Source of the DNA: Heptranchias perlo
Lineage: Eukaryota
NCBI RefSeq assembly: GCF_035084215.1
Contig: NC_090355.1
Location: forward strand, 21,762,001-21,826,000
Direction: 5' to 3'
DNA length: 64,000 bases
Within the stretch, counting starts at the first letter, position 1. Each line of letters opens with the position of its first letter. Below the pieces are notes generated by a model, which worked only from the letters and a program-made list of their open reading frames with translations, searched no databases and was not told where the DNA came from. A program made the translations under genes and the position numbers. This document shows positions 12,501 through 27,400 of this stretch, piece after piece.

Positions 12501-15414
12501 GACGTGGTGAGATAGGAGGGCAAGAGAAACAACTGTGTATTTTAAAAAAGCAACTTGTTCCCCAATGTTTTCTTCTGTGAATTAATTATACAGCAATTTT
12601 AAAAAGTTGCTCAAATCCAGATGTCCAATTTAAACTAAATGTTAATCTATTTGCTTTCAAAAGTTTTAGATGAATAGAATAATTTGCAACATCTCACACA
12701 CACAGACAGACACACTTTTCTGGCTATACCTCAATTAGAGCCCTAATGCTACTTTTAGTTGTGAGTTTCTTCATTCAGTTGGCAGAGTATGATAGTCTGA
12801 CCCACTGACATTTCCTGATTTGTAAACGGGAAGTTCTGCAGAGCATGGCTGGCCCTGCAGGGTTTTCCCACTTTTTTTCCCCATCCTAAAGGGAGAGAAA
12901 ATAAGCAGAGGAGATTGCCCTACTGCCATGTGCCACACAGTGCTCCATTCAACAGAAATAGGGAAACTTCCTCAGCAAGAATCAAGGCTGGGATTTGAGG
13001 CTGCAGAGGGTCCAATGCTTAAACATGCACCACCAGGCTGTTTTGCAAATGTAAAAACGGAAAAGGCGGCAAGGTAACATATTTGTTTCAGCAGTAAAAA
13101 GATTGCAAATGACATACCTGACTGCTACAGTTTCCAATGATTAGCGCATCTGCTAATGCCAGCTGGCCAGCTACCATCCCTTGTTCCAGTGGTGGGACTA
13201 CTCCCTCCGCCAGGCGATTTGAGGTTACCACAATGTTGTTGTCATCATTTAACACAATCACAGGATCTGCCTATAAACAATAGGTCAAACAACATTTGAA
13301 CATAATTAAGATACCACAAACCCTAATCCAGACAAGCAAGCTACCTGTACATTCCATCAATTTATACTAGTTAACATGACTCTCCTGGGAAATGGACCAA
13401 AATTATCCTTCTTCAAAAGTTTAACCTTTACAAATAACTTCTCAGTTAATAATAAAATACAATTTAAGATACCCAATTGCTTTGCAATATAATTAAACAA
13501 TTTAAGTACTTACTCAAAAATCAGTCAAAAAATAAACCAAAAAAGTCACCACCAGTGTAAAAGTCATACCCATGGCAAAAGGTCATCTGCACAGGTGTAT
13601 CAATATCCATCACATTTGTAGGTCACAAAACCCACATGAAGGTGTAACACGAAAAACAAAGAGGGGAAAAAACAAGGCAAAATGTATGTTGACAATTGAT
13701 TTTGATAAATGCTACCCACAAGCTCTTCCATGGCTCAGCTGGTAAATACAGTCCAACGTGGGATGAAGGCAAACACAGGTTTAACTTCTGGCCTGTGTTG
13801 ACTTAGTTGATCATGCTGCTGCCCTAGCTGACAGCACTACAACTGGCATTAGTACCTCTGAGATAGAGAGGGAAAGGAGGAAAAAAATAGAATCCTGAGT
13901 TTCGACCGCCGAGATACTTTACAGCAGACTTTGCTCAAAAGCTATGTATGTGAATGTCTGGTGAAGACAAGACTGGGCTCAGCTATGATGCCTACTATGG
14001 TCGAACAGCTTGCCAATACTCATTGGCAAATTTGGGTGAGGAACCAGGAGACACTGTGCCTGCAGAACTATACCCCAGAAGGACTTGGTGCTTTCAGGAG
14101 AGGAGGAGAGAAAAAAGGTTTCCTCATGATCCTCACCTCTTCATTGTAATATAACCACCAAAGATGGTTGGTTTAAGACAAGGATAAAACTGATGAGAAA
14201 CACAGAGGTAGGTGCAAAGTTCAGCTGTGGAGCCTAATGGGTATTCACACTGATGAGAGCCCAACATTTAGTCTATTTAGAATAAACTAAACGTTCAAGT
14301 GGAAAAATCAAACTTTTTTTTAAAAATGCTAATACTTTGCTCAAAACCTCTGCCAATTGTCTTGTACAATGTGCGCTACTGCAGGAGAAAAATTGTGGGG
14401 GTTGTGGGAAGAGAATCATTTTTTAAAAAAAGGATGTAGAGACTGACCCTTTTAATGACTTTAATGTTAATTTGCCTCAGGCACTATCTTATAATAGGCA
14501 GTTACTCAATAAAATGACTTTACATTATCTAAGCTCAGAGAAACTTCCAATCTAATACAACTATTACGAAGTGATTGGCAGACAAAAGCTGGCTCTAGCA
14601 TTTTGTGCAGCTCAGGGGCAAACAGTTACCATCAATTTCTTAAGTTTTAATCGACAGGCTGCATGTTAAAACTCTGGAAAGGGCTTAAGCTCAGCTTCCA
14701 TCAAACCAGCCAATGTCAGTAATTGAATGGTTAGATGGTAACTGAGTGTAAATCCTCTTGCATGTCAAGCTGGTGGGTATTAATAGAAAAAAAAGGATCT
14801 TTAACGTGATCTTCATGGATTAAATGTCACTTTAAAAATGTTTGCATTAATTAACTGACCAAAGGCTGAAGGTGGGTTTGAGTGACAGCCAAACTGCTGT
14901 ATTGCAATTCTGGCTGCTGTTGAAGCCAATCATACTCACGTCCTAAAAAAACACTGACGCCTTCAGTGCTCTTCACACTTCAAAATGATGACTTGGAAGG
15001 CAGCAGCTTGTTACTGTTTACTGATATTCTAACATATCGCATCTTAGAACAGTAGGGTGAAATTTCAGGCCATTATTTCCCCCCATCTGCAGCCCCCCCA
15101 CCTCATGCAGATTCCCAATGCTGGATCTACTGCCAGATAATTCATCACAGGGAAGGAAACATGTAAAAGTTAGACAGAAAAATCCCTTGAGGCAACACTG
15201 ATGCACTTCCCATATCATAAACAGCAGTGGCAGAGGCCGAGGAACACAGTGACCGCCCTCACTCATCCAGGAAAATGTTCCTGGGACAATATTCAAAATT
15301 GGAACTTCAACCGAGCATCTGTAATGTAGTTTCATAACACACCCACCCACATCAACATTATACAGTTTTCTTACTACAATTAATCCCCCAATTCCACCTC
15401 CACCTCCGTCCCCC

Positions 15415-15460
<46 letters not shown>

Positions 15461-18400
15461 ATCACCAATTTTGGGCATTCTGGAAAAGGTCTGCTCCTCT
15501 GAATTTGAACTCAGTTAATTAAAATTAGTGGATCTGAACTTCAAAGAAAATATTTGCTATTTTAATTTGGCTAGTTAATTCTAATTACTAGTTAATCCAA
15601 GTTCTTTGGGCAAATATGACTGAATTATCAGAAGGAGACTGCAATCTCTGATCTGAGTGACTGGCATTACCAAGATCAAGCAAGCCTCGAGCAAAAGACC
15701 CCAGCTTCATTGGATTTAGAAATAATTCAAAAGAATTTTTCCACTACTCTCCCATTTTTACTAGGATTGAATTTTAAATTATGTGGCAAGGGATTTCTCT
15801 CTAAAAAGCTACCAGTTTGACAGATGAACGCACGGTGTAAATTAGGTAAGAGTGGCAGTAATTTTTAGATGCCACACTCAAGCTTGTAGAGAATGTGTAC
15901 AGCAATGCAGTGTGTGTAAATACAATATAGGTTATAAGAGCAGATTACAGAAATGCTGTAGTGAACAGAGCAAGAACCAAAGGGCAATACTGGACAATGA
16001 AGGTGATACTTCCACCACTTCCAAAATATTTTAACCATAAAATATTAAAGATTACTATAAAATGATTACTTTTTGATTCTAATTCCATCATTCACTTTGT
16101 AACAAGTTTGATCGGCAAACTGGGTGAAATATTAAGATGGCTCCTTGCTCTACTGGAATCTTGTATCTTTGTACTTTAGGTATGCAACAGTGAATGGATC
16201 TATTACTATCTGACATCACACATTTCAGGGATAATCAAAACTATTTTTAGTACATGACCAATTTCTAGTCAATTACCTTCACAATCCTTCAAAAGTTAAT
16301 GGATTTGGAATGAACTTGTACAGAAATAACTTTCCATGTACAACTCTAACCAAGGCTGGAAATTAATGAGGCAAAATTTTTATATACTATTTTACATGCA
16401 CCACTTGGTCTCCACCTGCCATCACTTAACTAACACATTTCCTTCACAGAACAAATGAGAGGAACAATTAACAATATTACTTGATATTACAAGTGGGTTT
16501 CTATTATTGGAGCAGTTCGGTCAATTTTTTTCTTCCTCACCTTTTGGATGAGCAATCCATCCAGGCTAAGAACTGGTAAAACTCTATCCAATCAACAGGT
16601 GAGTTTGATGGATACTTGTGAGGAATTCAACACTCTACCATTAGGATCATACCACACATTAAAAACTGCCGTAAACTATTAGCAAATAGCATCAGCTGCA
16701 TTAAATTCTTCATCACTGCATAACCATCAGCAGTAGCAGAAAAAAATTCCTTTGAAAAATTAGCTGATTAACTAGTATATGATAATAACTTAAGTAATTT
16801 TGAAAACATAGAAATCATGTAGTAATTAAATAATTATAACTTCATTTCATATACTCCGATTTTTCCCCAACAACTTCAGATTACTATTTAACAGACCTCA
16901 ACAAATGCTGCCACCTCTTGTAGCACAAGATTCCATTCTAGCTGGTCTTCAGTGTTGAAACGATGTGTATAATCTTCAATTTCATCTGACAGTTCCTGGT
17001 AAAATTAGAAACTACTTTAGTGCGTACTACAGAACTATAATAACTAGATTACCATTTTCAAAATGGCATATGTAAACTTAACAGTAGATGTAGGAATTTT
17101 AAGTGTAGCTGAAGCAGTAACAAAACCTCTGCTATTTTGCAAGTTAGTTAAACTAAGACACACCACCAGAACAATTTAAAACTCAAATGCATCTTCTTCC
17201 ATGGAGCAAAGTGGACCGCTTGTATTGTATTGAGCTGTATAGGTCCAGTAGCCACAAATGTGATCCCTGCTAGGTTATGACCTCTGCTTGGACAGCATTG
17301 GAGGTCAGCATTCCAGTTAGGGAAAGGGGAAAAATAAAAATCAGTTAAACACACTTGCTGGAAACTGCATGCCGACAGACAAAATTCAGCTCAGTTATGA
17401 TGTCCACCATATTGGTGCATATTGATTGTCGAGGCTCATAGTGAAAAATTGCCACTTGGGCAAGATATCAGAGGGCTGCTAGTGCCGATGGACCAATACC
17501 TCGCAGGTCAGTGTCTTCAGGAGAGAAAGGGAAAAAAAGTTGTAAGGTAGTTCCAACATCTGTCACCAGTAGTTTCATTCACTTTGTTCTTTTAAGCAGT
17601 AGCCAATAATTAATTAAAATTGGAAAAATACAATACCTTCAAGGACAAACTGAAAGACACAGATCACTGGCAACCCTCAGGTCCCTTGCTCAGGTGGCTA
17701 CTTTTCACGTGAGCCTGGACAATAAATGTCTATCACCATGGAGGGCTGAATTTTGTCCATGTACATTCCATTAAGTAACAGGGAGGTTAATGTCAAAACC
17801 CAAGCCCAAATGATTCAATGGGTAGCTCAAAAAAATTGAAAAAAATGGCAGGAAGTTGGTTTCTGAGAAAATAAAGCATCTGAAAATTCATCAGACATTG
17901 AGCTGAGACAGAATTGATCAAATACCAAAAAAATTATTGGGAATTAGGAGATACTCTGATAAAATTCTTGTATAGTTCTTTGAACAGCTGCCATTATTTC
18001 TCAAGAAAGGACAGAGGAGGAAATTGGCAGAGAAGAAAAGCATTGTTTTCCTTATTTGGAAGTGCAATATAACTTTATTCCTTGCTTCAATCTCCTAACA
18101 ATCCATTCCTATCCCCTGTTACCAGGTCAGCTGGAATACAATAATAAACAGATCACTGTTCCCCCACATTCTCCCTGACAATGTCAGGCAGTAACATGCA
18201 GCTACACTGCACTCAGCCCAAGCATGTGCAAAATGGCAATCGTAGAGATGTAATAAAGTGTTGCTCTGCTTGAATTTTTTTTGTATGACAGGTAATTCTA
18301 CCATGAATAATGCCAAATCTACAAAGAGAAAGTCTTTAAGGATTACATCTGCTTTAAAAGTCAACAATTAATACAACTATTTTAGAATAAAACACATCCT

Positions 18401-21400
18401 TTTCCATACCTTCTGTAAATGCTTTGGGAAAAGAAATAGCACTTTTCTTTAAAGTTACAGATAGATATGCTACACCATGGAGGGAACAGAGTTGGGAGAG
18501 TTGATGGAAGGATTAGTCAAAAAGGTGATTTCTGAGAACGTTTTTAAAAAGTGTTGGGGATACAAAGCTGGAATGGGTTGAAAAGAGGTTGGTGCAAGGC
18601 AATAAAGGGATTTGAAGATGAGGACAAGGATTTTAAATTCAGTCCATTGGGGAAGAGGGAGCCAATGTACATCAGCCAGGACAAGTTGATGGGCAAACAG
18701 GTCTGGAGGGTGGAATGTGTGTGGCTGCATGTTGGAAGTTATAGAAAGTGGAGGATAGGAGGCAACAGGGGAAAATGGTGTCCAGAAGTGACAAAAGCAT
18801 GGATTAGGTTTTCAACAGGAATGGAGCTGAGGTAGGGATGGAAGCAGGCAATATTTCAGAGTTGGAAGGAAGCAATCTTGACGATGGGGATAGTATGGGT
18901 TTGAAGCTCAGCTCTGGGTCAAACAAGATGTGAAGGTTTTTCAAGTTCTGGTTCAGCCTCAGCGAGGAGGGGGGAGGGAGAAGAAGTGGAGTGAGTGGCA
19001 AGGGAGTGGAGTTAATGGAAGGGGCCAAAAACAAATATTTCAAAATTGTAGATATATTTGTAGGACTTTCTAAAAGTATCAAGAACATGAAATACAGTTC
19101 ACACAAAAACACCATACCTTAACTAGATCTTTTACGAGGTCCATTTTGTTAAGCAGCAGACAAACCACTATGTATCGTGCATAATACCGTAGCTTTTTAA
19201 CCACAAGCTCAGGCCTACAAAAAAAGAGCAAACCAAGCAGTTTCAAAGCCAAGAAACACTGAGTGACCCATCCAAGCAAGAAAAACATGTGCGAAAATTG
19301 TTTACCAATACAAATAAAAAAAAATTAAACTGAATTTTCGGCATATAATTTAGAAAAATTTTCCTAATTTTGTTGCTTTAATTCAAGAGCTTACGTTAAA
19401 ATACTAAAAATTGTTGTCCATAAGGAAAACAAGTAGTCTTGCAAGGGTACTTCAGCACATAAAAATTGATTTATAACCACATCCACAACTGAGTTATGCA
19501 TGTACCAGTTTGTATTTGTAGTTATAAACACACAAAAGTTACTTATGAAAACATATAACAACCATAAGTTATCATACCTATCCTCTTTAGTGACCTGGGA
19601 GTAATAGGCTCTGTGTCTTATTGCAGAGTAGAAGGAAAATGCTTCATTCAGATAACTGGTCTCAGAAGTACGCAAGCTAAAGAATGGGGCGGCAGGGAAA
19701 CAAGAAAAAAGACAGCATTATATTGGAAAGGGAAGGATAGGTTAAAATTGTGCAAAAAAGAAATAAGAGCTATGAGAAACAAAGCCTACAAAAATGCTAT
19801 CCACCTTTAAACTTTTTAAAAAATCAATGGTTTTCAAGCTCTCTCAGGCCAGGCTCACAACCATTCACACCTCTAAAGGAAACAAGTACCGTTTGGTCTG
19901 CAGAAAAGTCTGTTTCCTCCTTCAATTCTCTTTCTCCTCCCCTCCTTTCTCCATGTCTCTTCTCTCCCCTCCTCTATTTTTCTATCCTTCTCCTTTATTT
20001 CTTCTCTCTTTCTCCTTATTCTTCTTACTCATTTGGTCTTGCCACTCCCATTACTTTTTCCTGTATCTCATTCAGGTTAGGAGACTACAGGAGTGGGGAA
20101 CAGGTTGGGGCCACTAATGGAGCACAGAAAGAAAGAGGAATTGGTCTGGAGCCCCCTAAGGAGTGCAACGTGCACATACTTGCTAGCAACAGTCAATCAA
20201 CCACTTCAAAATTGGTGAACAGCGGCCCTCTATAACATGTAGATGCACTGAATGCGGGCTGGTCATAGCTAAAGGTACCCAACATTACAGAGCTTTTTCC
20301 TCATATCGCGAGGAAACATCGGGGATATGTACTATCACTGCAAAATCTGGTTATTAAACTGCTCTTCCATAGGCCATACCTGTTGTTGCTGCCAACTGTG
20401 GGCAGCAATTCCTGATTTCACAAAGCTATTGTGAGGTCAGGAATGCCCACCCCACCAGGATCAAATGTCAATAATTTTTATTTTACAATTCATATTACAA
20501 GCAGATATACCAATTTCTTTTGACAGCACTTCTAGTCGCCATCTTTGTGCAATAAAGTTTGATCCCCAAGCAAAGCAGCCGAAGCACTGGGTAGAAGCCA
20601 GGGGTGGAACAGGGCCATTACAACTGGGCTGCAAGAAGTTTAAATGCCTGTTTGTTTTCACCCACAAATGCACGACTGTCTGAAACGCTGACTGTGTAAA
20701 ACTCAGTCAATTGGCATAAATCCAAGAATGAAAGGACATGGTGCTGTGTCAGGAAGAATCAGTGCTTTAAGTAAATGATTTTTCAAAGTTGTCATACTAA
20801 TTAATTTTCTTTTGAGCAATCCAAAAATCAAACTTACTAATAATGGTAGTAAAGCTGTCCTATTTTTGAAGCAATTTCTCCAATCTGCCACCGTTTCAGG
20901 CCATACCTGTTGTCCAGAATTTGCCTAGGATGAAAGATGGGCAAATAAAATATACCGTTCATACTGTATTTACAAGCATGGAGATAGAGTATATATATAT
21001 TATATATAACCGATACTGGTATTAGCTCAAGTGATATCAACAATAGACTCGTCACATCTGCACTAACTGGGACTTGGTTAAAATTTTCTCCTGTAATATA
21101 TCGAAGATGGCAAGGTCAATCCCATTTGTTACAGCTATTGATATTATATTTCCTAGAGATTCAATAAAAGCAATGATAGTGGTTCAAGGTGAATATCCTG
21201 GAGCAGTTAAGAGACTTCCCTTCTCTGCTACCCCATCAAGAAATAAAAACTCAAAATGGAACAGAGAGAGATGGAAAAAAATTGTGTTGATGAAAGATGA
21301 AAATTGCTGAAGAAAGTGAAGAAAACAACAAAGATTAAAGTCAGTAGGAGCATTGCCATAATGAATCTTTGCAACTTGTGCGCAATATCATCAAGCCTTT

Positions 21401-24400
21401 ATGACATGCAGGAGAAACAATGAACTGCTGCTCAAGGCCAGGGCATGCCTTTATATTTTTTTTTAATTCGTTCATGGGATGTGGGCGTTGCTGGCGAGGC
21501 CAGCATTTATTGCCCATCCCTGATTGCCCTTGCCCTTTACATACTGTGCAGGTACAGAACTGATCACATGGTGACACCTCTGACACAGTGAGATTGCCAT
21601 GTCACAAAAAGTCTCCCTTATGGTTTTTTTTCTCCCAGCAGAATGAGGCCCATTATAGAGGACACAATCTACAGAAAAATTAGCTTTATCTAACCATTTC
21701 AAAACTTCCACTGGTCTTCATTTCATGAATGTGCACACCCAGTCAAACAGAACTCGCCCCCCTCCCCAGCCCCCAATTTCAATGGCTTCTTGCCTGTGGA
21801 TGAAGCATTAAAACCAAAAAATCCAGCCTTATTACACCTCTGGTTAAATATACACAGCAATGTCTTCACACCAAAATCTGAATAGGATTGTATGATTGCG
21901 AAGGCAGCAAAAAGCACTTTTTAAATAAGGAGCACTGTCTATCTTGCTCTAATTAAAAACCACCTGCTGGCCAGAATATTATCAAATATGAACAAACCTG
22001 GAGTACACATATTGGCCCACCATCTACAATGCACAAGTCAGGAGTGTGATGGAATACTCTCCACTTGCCTGGATGAGTGCAGCTCCAACAACACTCAAGA
22101 AGCTCGACACCATCCAGGACAAAGCAGCCCACTTGATTGACACCCCATCCACCACCCTAAACATTCACTCCCTCCACCACCGGCGCACAGTGGCTGCAGT
22201 GTGTACCATCCACAGGATGCACTGCAGCAACTCGCCAAGGCTTCGACAGCACCTCCCAAACCCGCGACCTCTACCACCTAGAAGGACAAGTGTAGCAGGC
22301 ACATGGGAACGACACCACCTGCACGTTCCCCTCCAAGTCACACACCATCCCGACTTGGGAATATATCGCCGTTCCTTCATCGTTGCTGGGTCAAAATCCT
22401 GGAACTCCCTTCCTAACAGCACTGTGGGAGAACCTTCACCACACGGACTGCAGCGGTTCAAGAAGGCGGCTCACCACCACCACCTTCTCAAGGGCAATTA
22501 GGGATGGGCAATAAATGCCGGTCTCACCAGCAACGCCCACATCCCATGAACAAATTTTTAAAAACTCTCCTCGATATTGGAAATACATGCGTTTGTGTGT
22601 GCCGATAAATGTGTTGTCAACCACAAACCACATAGGTCCTACACACTAACTCCCTTCAATCCTTAACTGAAATATAAACAGAGTTTTAAATTTTATACAT
22701 TTAATTAAACCAAGTCTTAAACAACGAGATTACTCAACTCGAGATTGCATACATCATTCTTCACAAGTGTACATTGGTGGTCATGAAATACCACTGCCCA
22801 AGTCATTGCAAACAGATGTTAAATTCACCTAGCCAAGTATACTGTACTAGAGTCACTTCCTGCCACCGAAGCTGAAAAAGGACTTCAGGTGACAGGATCT
22901 ATCATTTATTCTGGAGTAACTTCTTTGTTGAAACCAAAATATTATTGCATGGAATAGTCTGTAAAGCAAAATTTCTCCAAACCTGTGTTGCTGTTGGAAC
23001 TTCCAGAGCTTAGTGTAAACATCGAAAGTGCGTCCAAAATACGACTGCCACTGCTTCTGTCCATACTGAGGTAAATCCCTGTTAGAAAAGAATAATCTGG
23101 ATTTATTTTAAAACCATGAGCTAAATCTGCAAAAAGCAATCTGGTGGGTCAAACCTGGAGGCAGAGAACAGGGGATGGAGGATAAGTGGAAGTGAGCAAA
23201 TAAGTTAGAGATATAAAATATGGATTACATATTTACATTGTTAAACACAGCGTAATTCAATAAACATTGCTAATTCACTAATATATTAGGGAACATTACT
23301 CAAAAAATCCACATTGCCTACATCAGAATTCGAGTCTCATCATCACAGATCAATTGAATGTTGTTCCACTCGTTCATTACTTATACAACTAAGGGAAGGG
23401 ATGGGAGGATTCAAGGGAACTGAATGTCTTCCCTGGAAAGGAAAATTACTAAACTTCGTAATGAGGAAAATTTGAACTATAATGGTGGATTTTGATACTT
23501 TCCTTGGTAAATCTGTAGCTAATTTGCTTTCCCTTCAGCTGCATATAGTTCTCTTGGCCCTTCTGATAATCACTTTCTTGTTTTAAATAAAATTGACTGC
23601 TTTCAGGTTGCTGAGGATACTTCTCAAATGCTCAATAGTCCCTTTGATTTATATAACTCCACCATAACAAAAATCTAGTCACGAGTCCAAAATGGGGAGG
23701 AGCAACAAAATTTTGTTATAACACATGAATATACAAAAATTGCAGACGGGAAGAAACTGGTCCATCTAGCCTGTCCCAGTTGGAAACAAACTGCAAGTCC
23801 AAAGACAACCCTCATTAATTGGAGATTTCACTGCAAGGTATGCTGATTGCGTGCAATGTCAAGGGAAGTTGTTCAACACTACCACTTTAGGTTCTCTAGG
23901 AGTCAAAATTAAGCAGGTGGATGATCAGGTGAATTAGTTTCATCATAGGATGTAAGGGAACAGTGATTACAGCACTTACGTGCAAAGCAATAATGTAACG
24001 GATAGAAATCCTGATCTCTTAAGGACAATTACCAAAGGATAGTAAATTTCGAAGGTACAGTTAAGATTGTGATCTCCAACTTGTTTCTAGATACTGGGGG
24101 TTGCATCAGAAAGGATTATTGGCTTTAACAATTGGCTAGAAACATTGAATTAAAAAAAAACTGGTGGTGGCAAATAACTGGAAAGGGTAAATTTTTGAGG
24201 AGCACTGGGGTTCATTTGATTGGTTGAGGGCCGAACAGCTGGCTCTGAATGTAGAACGGAAGATATTTAAACTAGTTGGCATAGTGGCTAATGTAATGTC
24301 ATTTCTCTCGCATTAGGAAACAAATGGTAATTGATGGTAAGTTAAAATTTAATGAATTTCAATTAAAAAGTTTACTTACAATGAACCACATAACATGCAC

Positions 24401-27400
24401 AGTATTCCTCTTTATGCTCATGGCAGAAGTTTTAGAAATAAAATGCTGGAAATATAGACATATGCTTCTATGAAGATTTTAGATATTAGAGGTAGATCTG
24501 AAATATTTAGTACAGATCTGAAGTGCGTTTGAAATGGTAGAAGGATTGCCGAAAGGATAAGTTGTGTCTCAAAAAGGGGGTATTCTTTATTTTTTAAAAA
24601 TTAAATAATTGAGACACTGAGGATTATGATCACCAAGAGGGCATTGATAAGATTTGGATGATACTGGATCATGGTAGATGCGCTACTCAGCACATCACAG
24701 GCTTCTGGGCAACAGGTTGAGCATCACAAGCAACTCAAATTAGAAGAGCAACTGAACAGGGTAGTGTTGTTTGGGGGATTTTAACTCGGTCCATTAAGTT
24801 AGCAACCAAGTTCAGGGGTAAGTAGGACTAAAATACTTGCTGACGCAGTCAATGAATGCTTCCTTATTCCTTCAGAAGAGTACTAGAGAAAACAAATTTA
24901 CTAGATTTAGCATTTACCAGTAATCCTGAGATTATAGCTGATCTCCATGTAATCAAGCACGTGGGCAATGGCCATCACTGTATGGACAAGAAAGGTGGAT
25001 GGACTGTAGTGAACAAGGTGTACCGACTGAAGCAGTGGCTGATGTCACCCTTCCGAATCACCAATGCAGCACTGGAAAGTTACAACCATGCACATACGTC
25101 CACCCCGCAAGTGATGGAGAGGACGAAGAGGTGCTTAAATCATACTCTCAGTGCCTGGATAGGTTGAGGCACGTTCTACAATATTCCCCTAGCAACGTGA
25201 CAAAGGTTGTAGTGGTGTGGTGTGCTGTGCATGGCATAATTTTGCCCTGCAGGGAGGATGTCCTTGGGCCCATGGGTGATGTGCACCCCCCTACCCAGCA
25301 GGAAGGCATGCCAGCACCAGGCAGGGTGGCCCAGGTGTTCGGGACAATAACAGCCACCCCAGCTCTCACCATTTCTCTCCCCTCAGAGTTCTGCCAACAG
25401 AATGGAGGTGGATCAGGAAGTCCAAATGTCTATGGAATAATTCCCTGTGGTTGCACAAACATGAAGGAGGACAGGCAAGATTGACACTTAAAACAATGGA
25501 ATTTTTATTCAGTGCAAAAACAAAGTCAACAAACATCAATGTAAACCCAGGATAACAAAAAAAAAATTAAAACTCCCATCAGGACAATCAATAAAAAGGT
25601 GGCTCAGGGTCACAGTCTTGCTCCACAGCACCAGGCTTATTTTGCAGGGTCCTCTCCCTCACACTCCCCAGCAGCAGCAGCACTCTCCTCTCATGGTCTA
25701 AGAGAGGCTACAGATCCTCATCTCCAACGTTCTGCACTCATTTTTGTTTTTTTTCCAGAGACATCTGAGGAAAAAAGTGTATACGCAAAACAATTATTTT
25801 TAAAACCACGTTTGAATTTTTTTTTTAAAAAGTTGATTTAAGGTCTTTTCAGAAGTTGCCGGTCACTCACCTGCTCGTGCCACACATCAGAGTTATGGTG
25901 TTTGTTTTCATTTTTTTTAAAAAAGTGCTGTGGTTGGTCTGCGAGATAAGCCATTGGGCACACTGTCCGTGAGGTCTGTGATTCATCATTGACTTCATTG
26001 CACCGTTATTGGATCGACAGTCCAGCAATTTGTAGCGCAAATAGTGTGGTTAATGGAGAGTTTAAAACTCCAATTAATGGCAATCGCTGCCAAACCAGTC
26101 ATTGCAGCAATTTCAGGAGCACTGCATATAAAAGTTACAACTGTAAATAGAGTAGGGATAACTCTTCTTTTAAAAAGCTGAGGATAATTAAATCTAGCAT
26201 TAGAAATACTAAACATGCATTTAAAAAGGATAGTAGGAAATTGTAGCAGTGATGGCAAGTCCACTGCAGTTCAGTTAGAATTCAGAAAACAATTCAAGAC
26301 CACATTTGCTCTTTGAGGGAATTAACAAGGCAAGTTAGATTGGAGGACAATGATACGGATGAACCACCAAATAAAAACTTGGCATCAGTAAAACTTGCAA
26401 AGACAATGCTATGGATCGGATAGTACAGGATAGTCATGCTACTAAAATTGTGTTGAAGCAAATAAAGTGCAGAAATGGTCTTAGGTGAAGATTAACCTGC
26501 TTAAAACAAAAGTGCTGTGGGACCCAATTCCATTTACTCCAGAATGCTAAAAGATATGTGGGACGATCTAGATGAATCACTATTTTCTGTGTTCAGTCGA
26601 AGATTAACTTCCAAGCTGATTCCCAAGGATTGGGGAAAGGCAACGAAGACCCATTTTTTTTTGAAAGGGAGGAAATCGGGCCCTCGTAATTACAGTACCA
26701 TGAGTTAGACGTTTATCATAGGGAAGCTGTTAGAAAGCATTATACAAGATGACATTGGGGATCATGAAGAATTTAGCAGCAAGTAGCAATTTACAGCATA
26801 GCTTAATGAAATGTAGGTCTTGCCTTGCTAATCTGATTTAGTTTTGAGGAAGTGACCAGAATGGTGGATGTTTAATCCTCTTGATGTTGCAGATCAGGAT
26901 TTCCAAAAAACATTGAATAAAGTACTACAGGCAATTATTGGGGGAAAACAAAAAGTAGCTGGAAAAGTAACTTATCAAAATCTTCAAGTGGAGTGTTGTC
27001 ATTAAAGTGACTGCATCTGGTCACCACTGGACTACAAAGCTCCATGTTAGAACCATTCCTGTTCACTTTCATAAACTAAGGAGGGCAGCATTATGGGACC
27101 ATTCTAAGTTTGTACATGACAAATGCATAGAGGTTAGCAATTTAGACTGAATAGGTTGCAGGCAAATTGATACCAGTTAAGGGATGGGCCAATGTGTGGC
27201 AGATGCCCCTTAATATGAACAAATGTACTGTCATATATTTAGGATTGGGAAACTCTAGGCATGTTCATACAATGCTGGATTACCTGTTAAGGTACCAGAT
27301 TTAGAGAGATCTAGGGGTAATTGCTGATCACTCATTAGAAGTGCACAATGAGATGGCAAAAGAGAAAGCAAATAGGATTTCAGGTTGTATTGCTAGGACC

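Noticed and set aside
19750-20235. 161-aa plus-strand ORF
   Set aside because: Arises from a CT-rich low-complexity tract, antisense in a SCAI intron, with no recognisable protein
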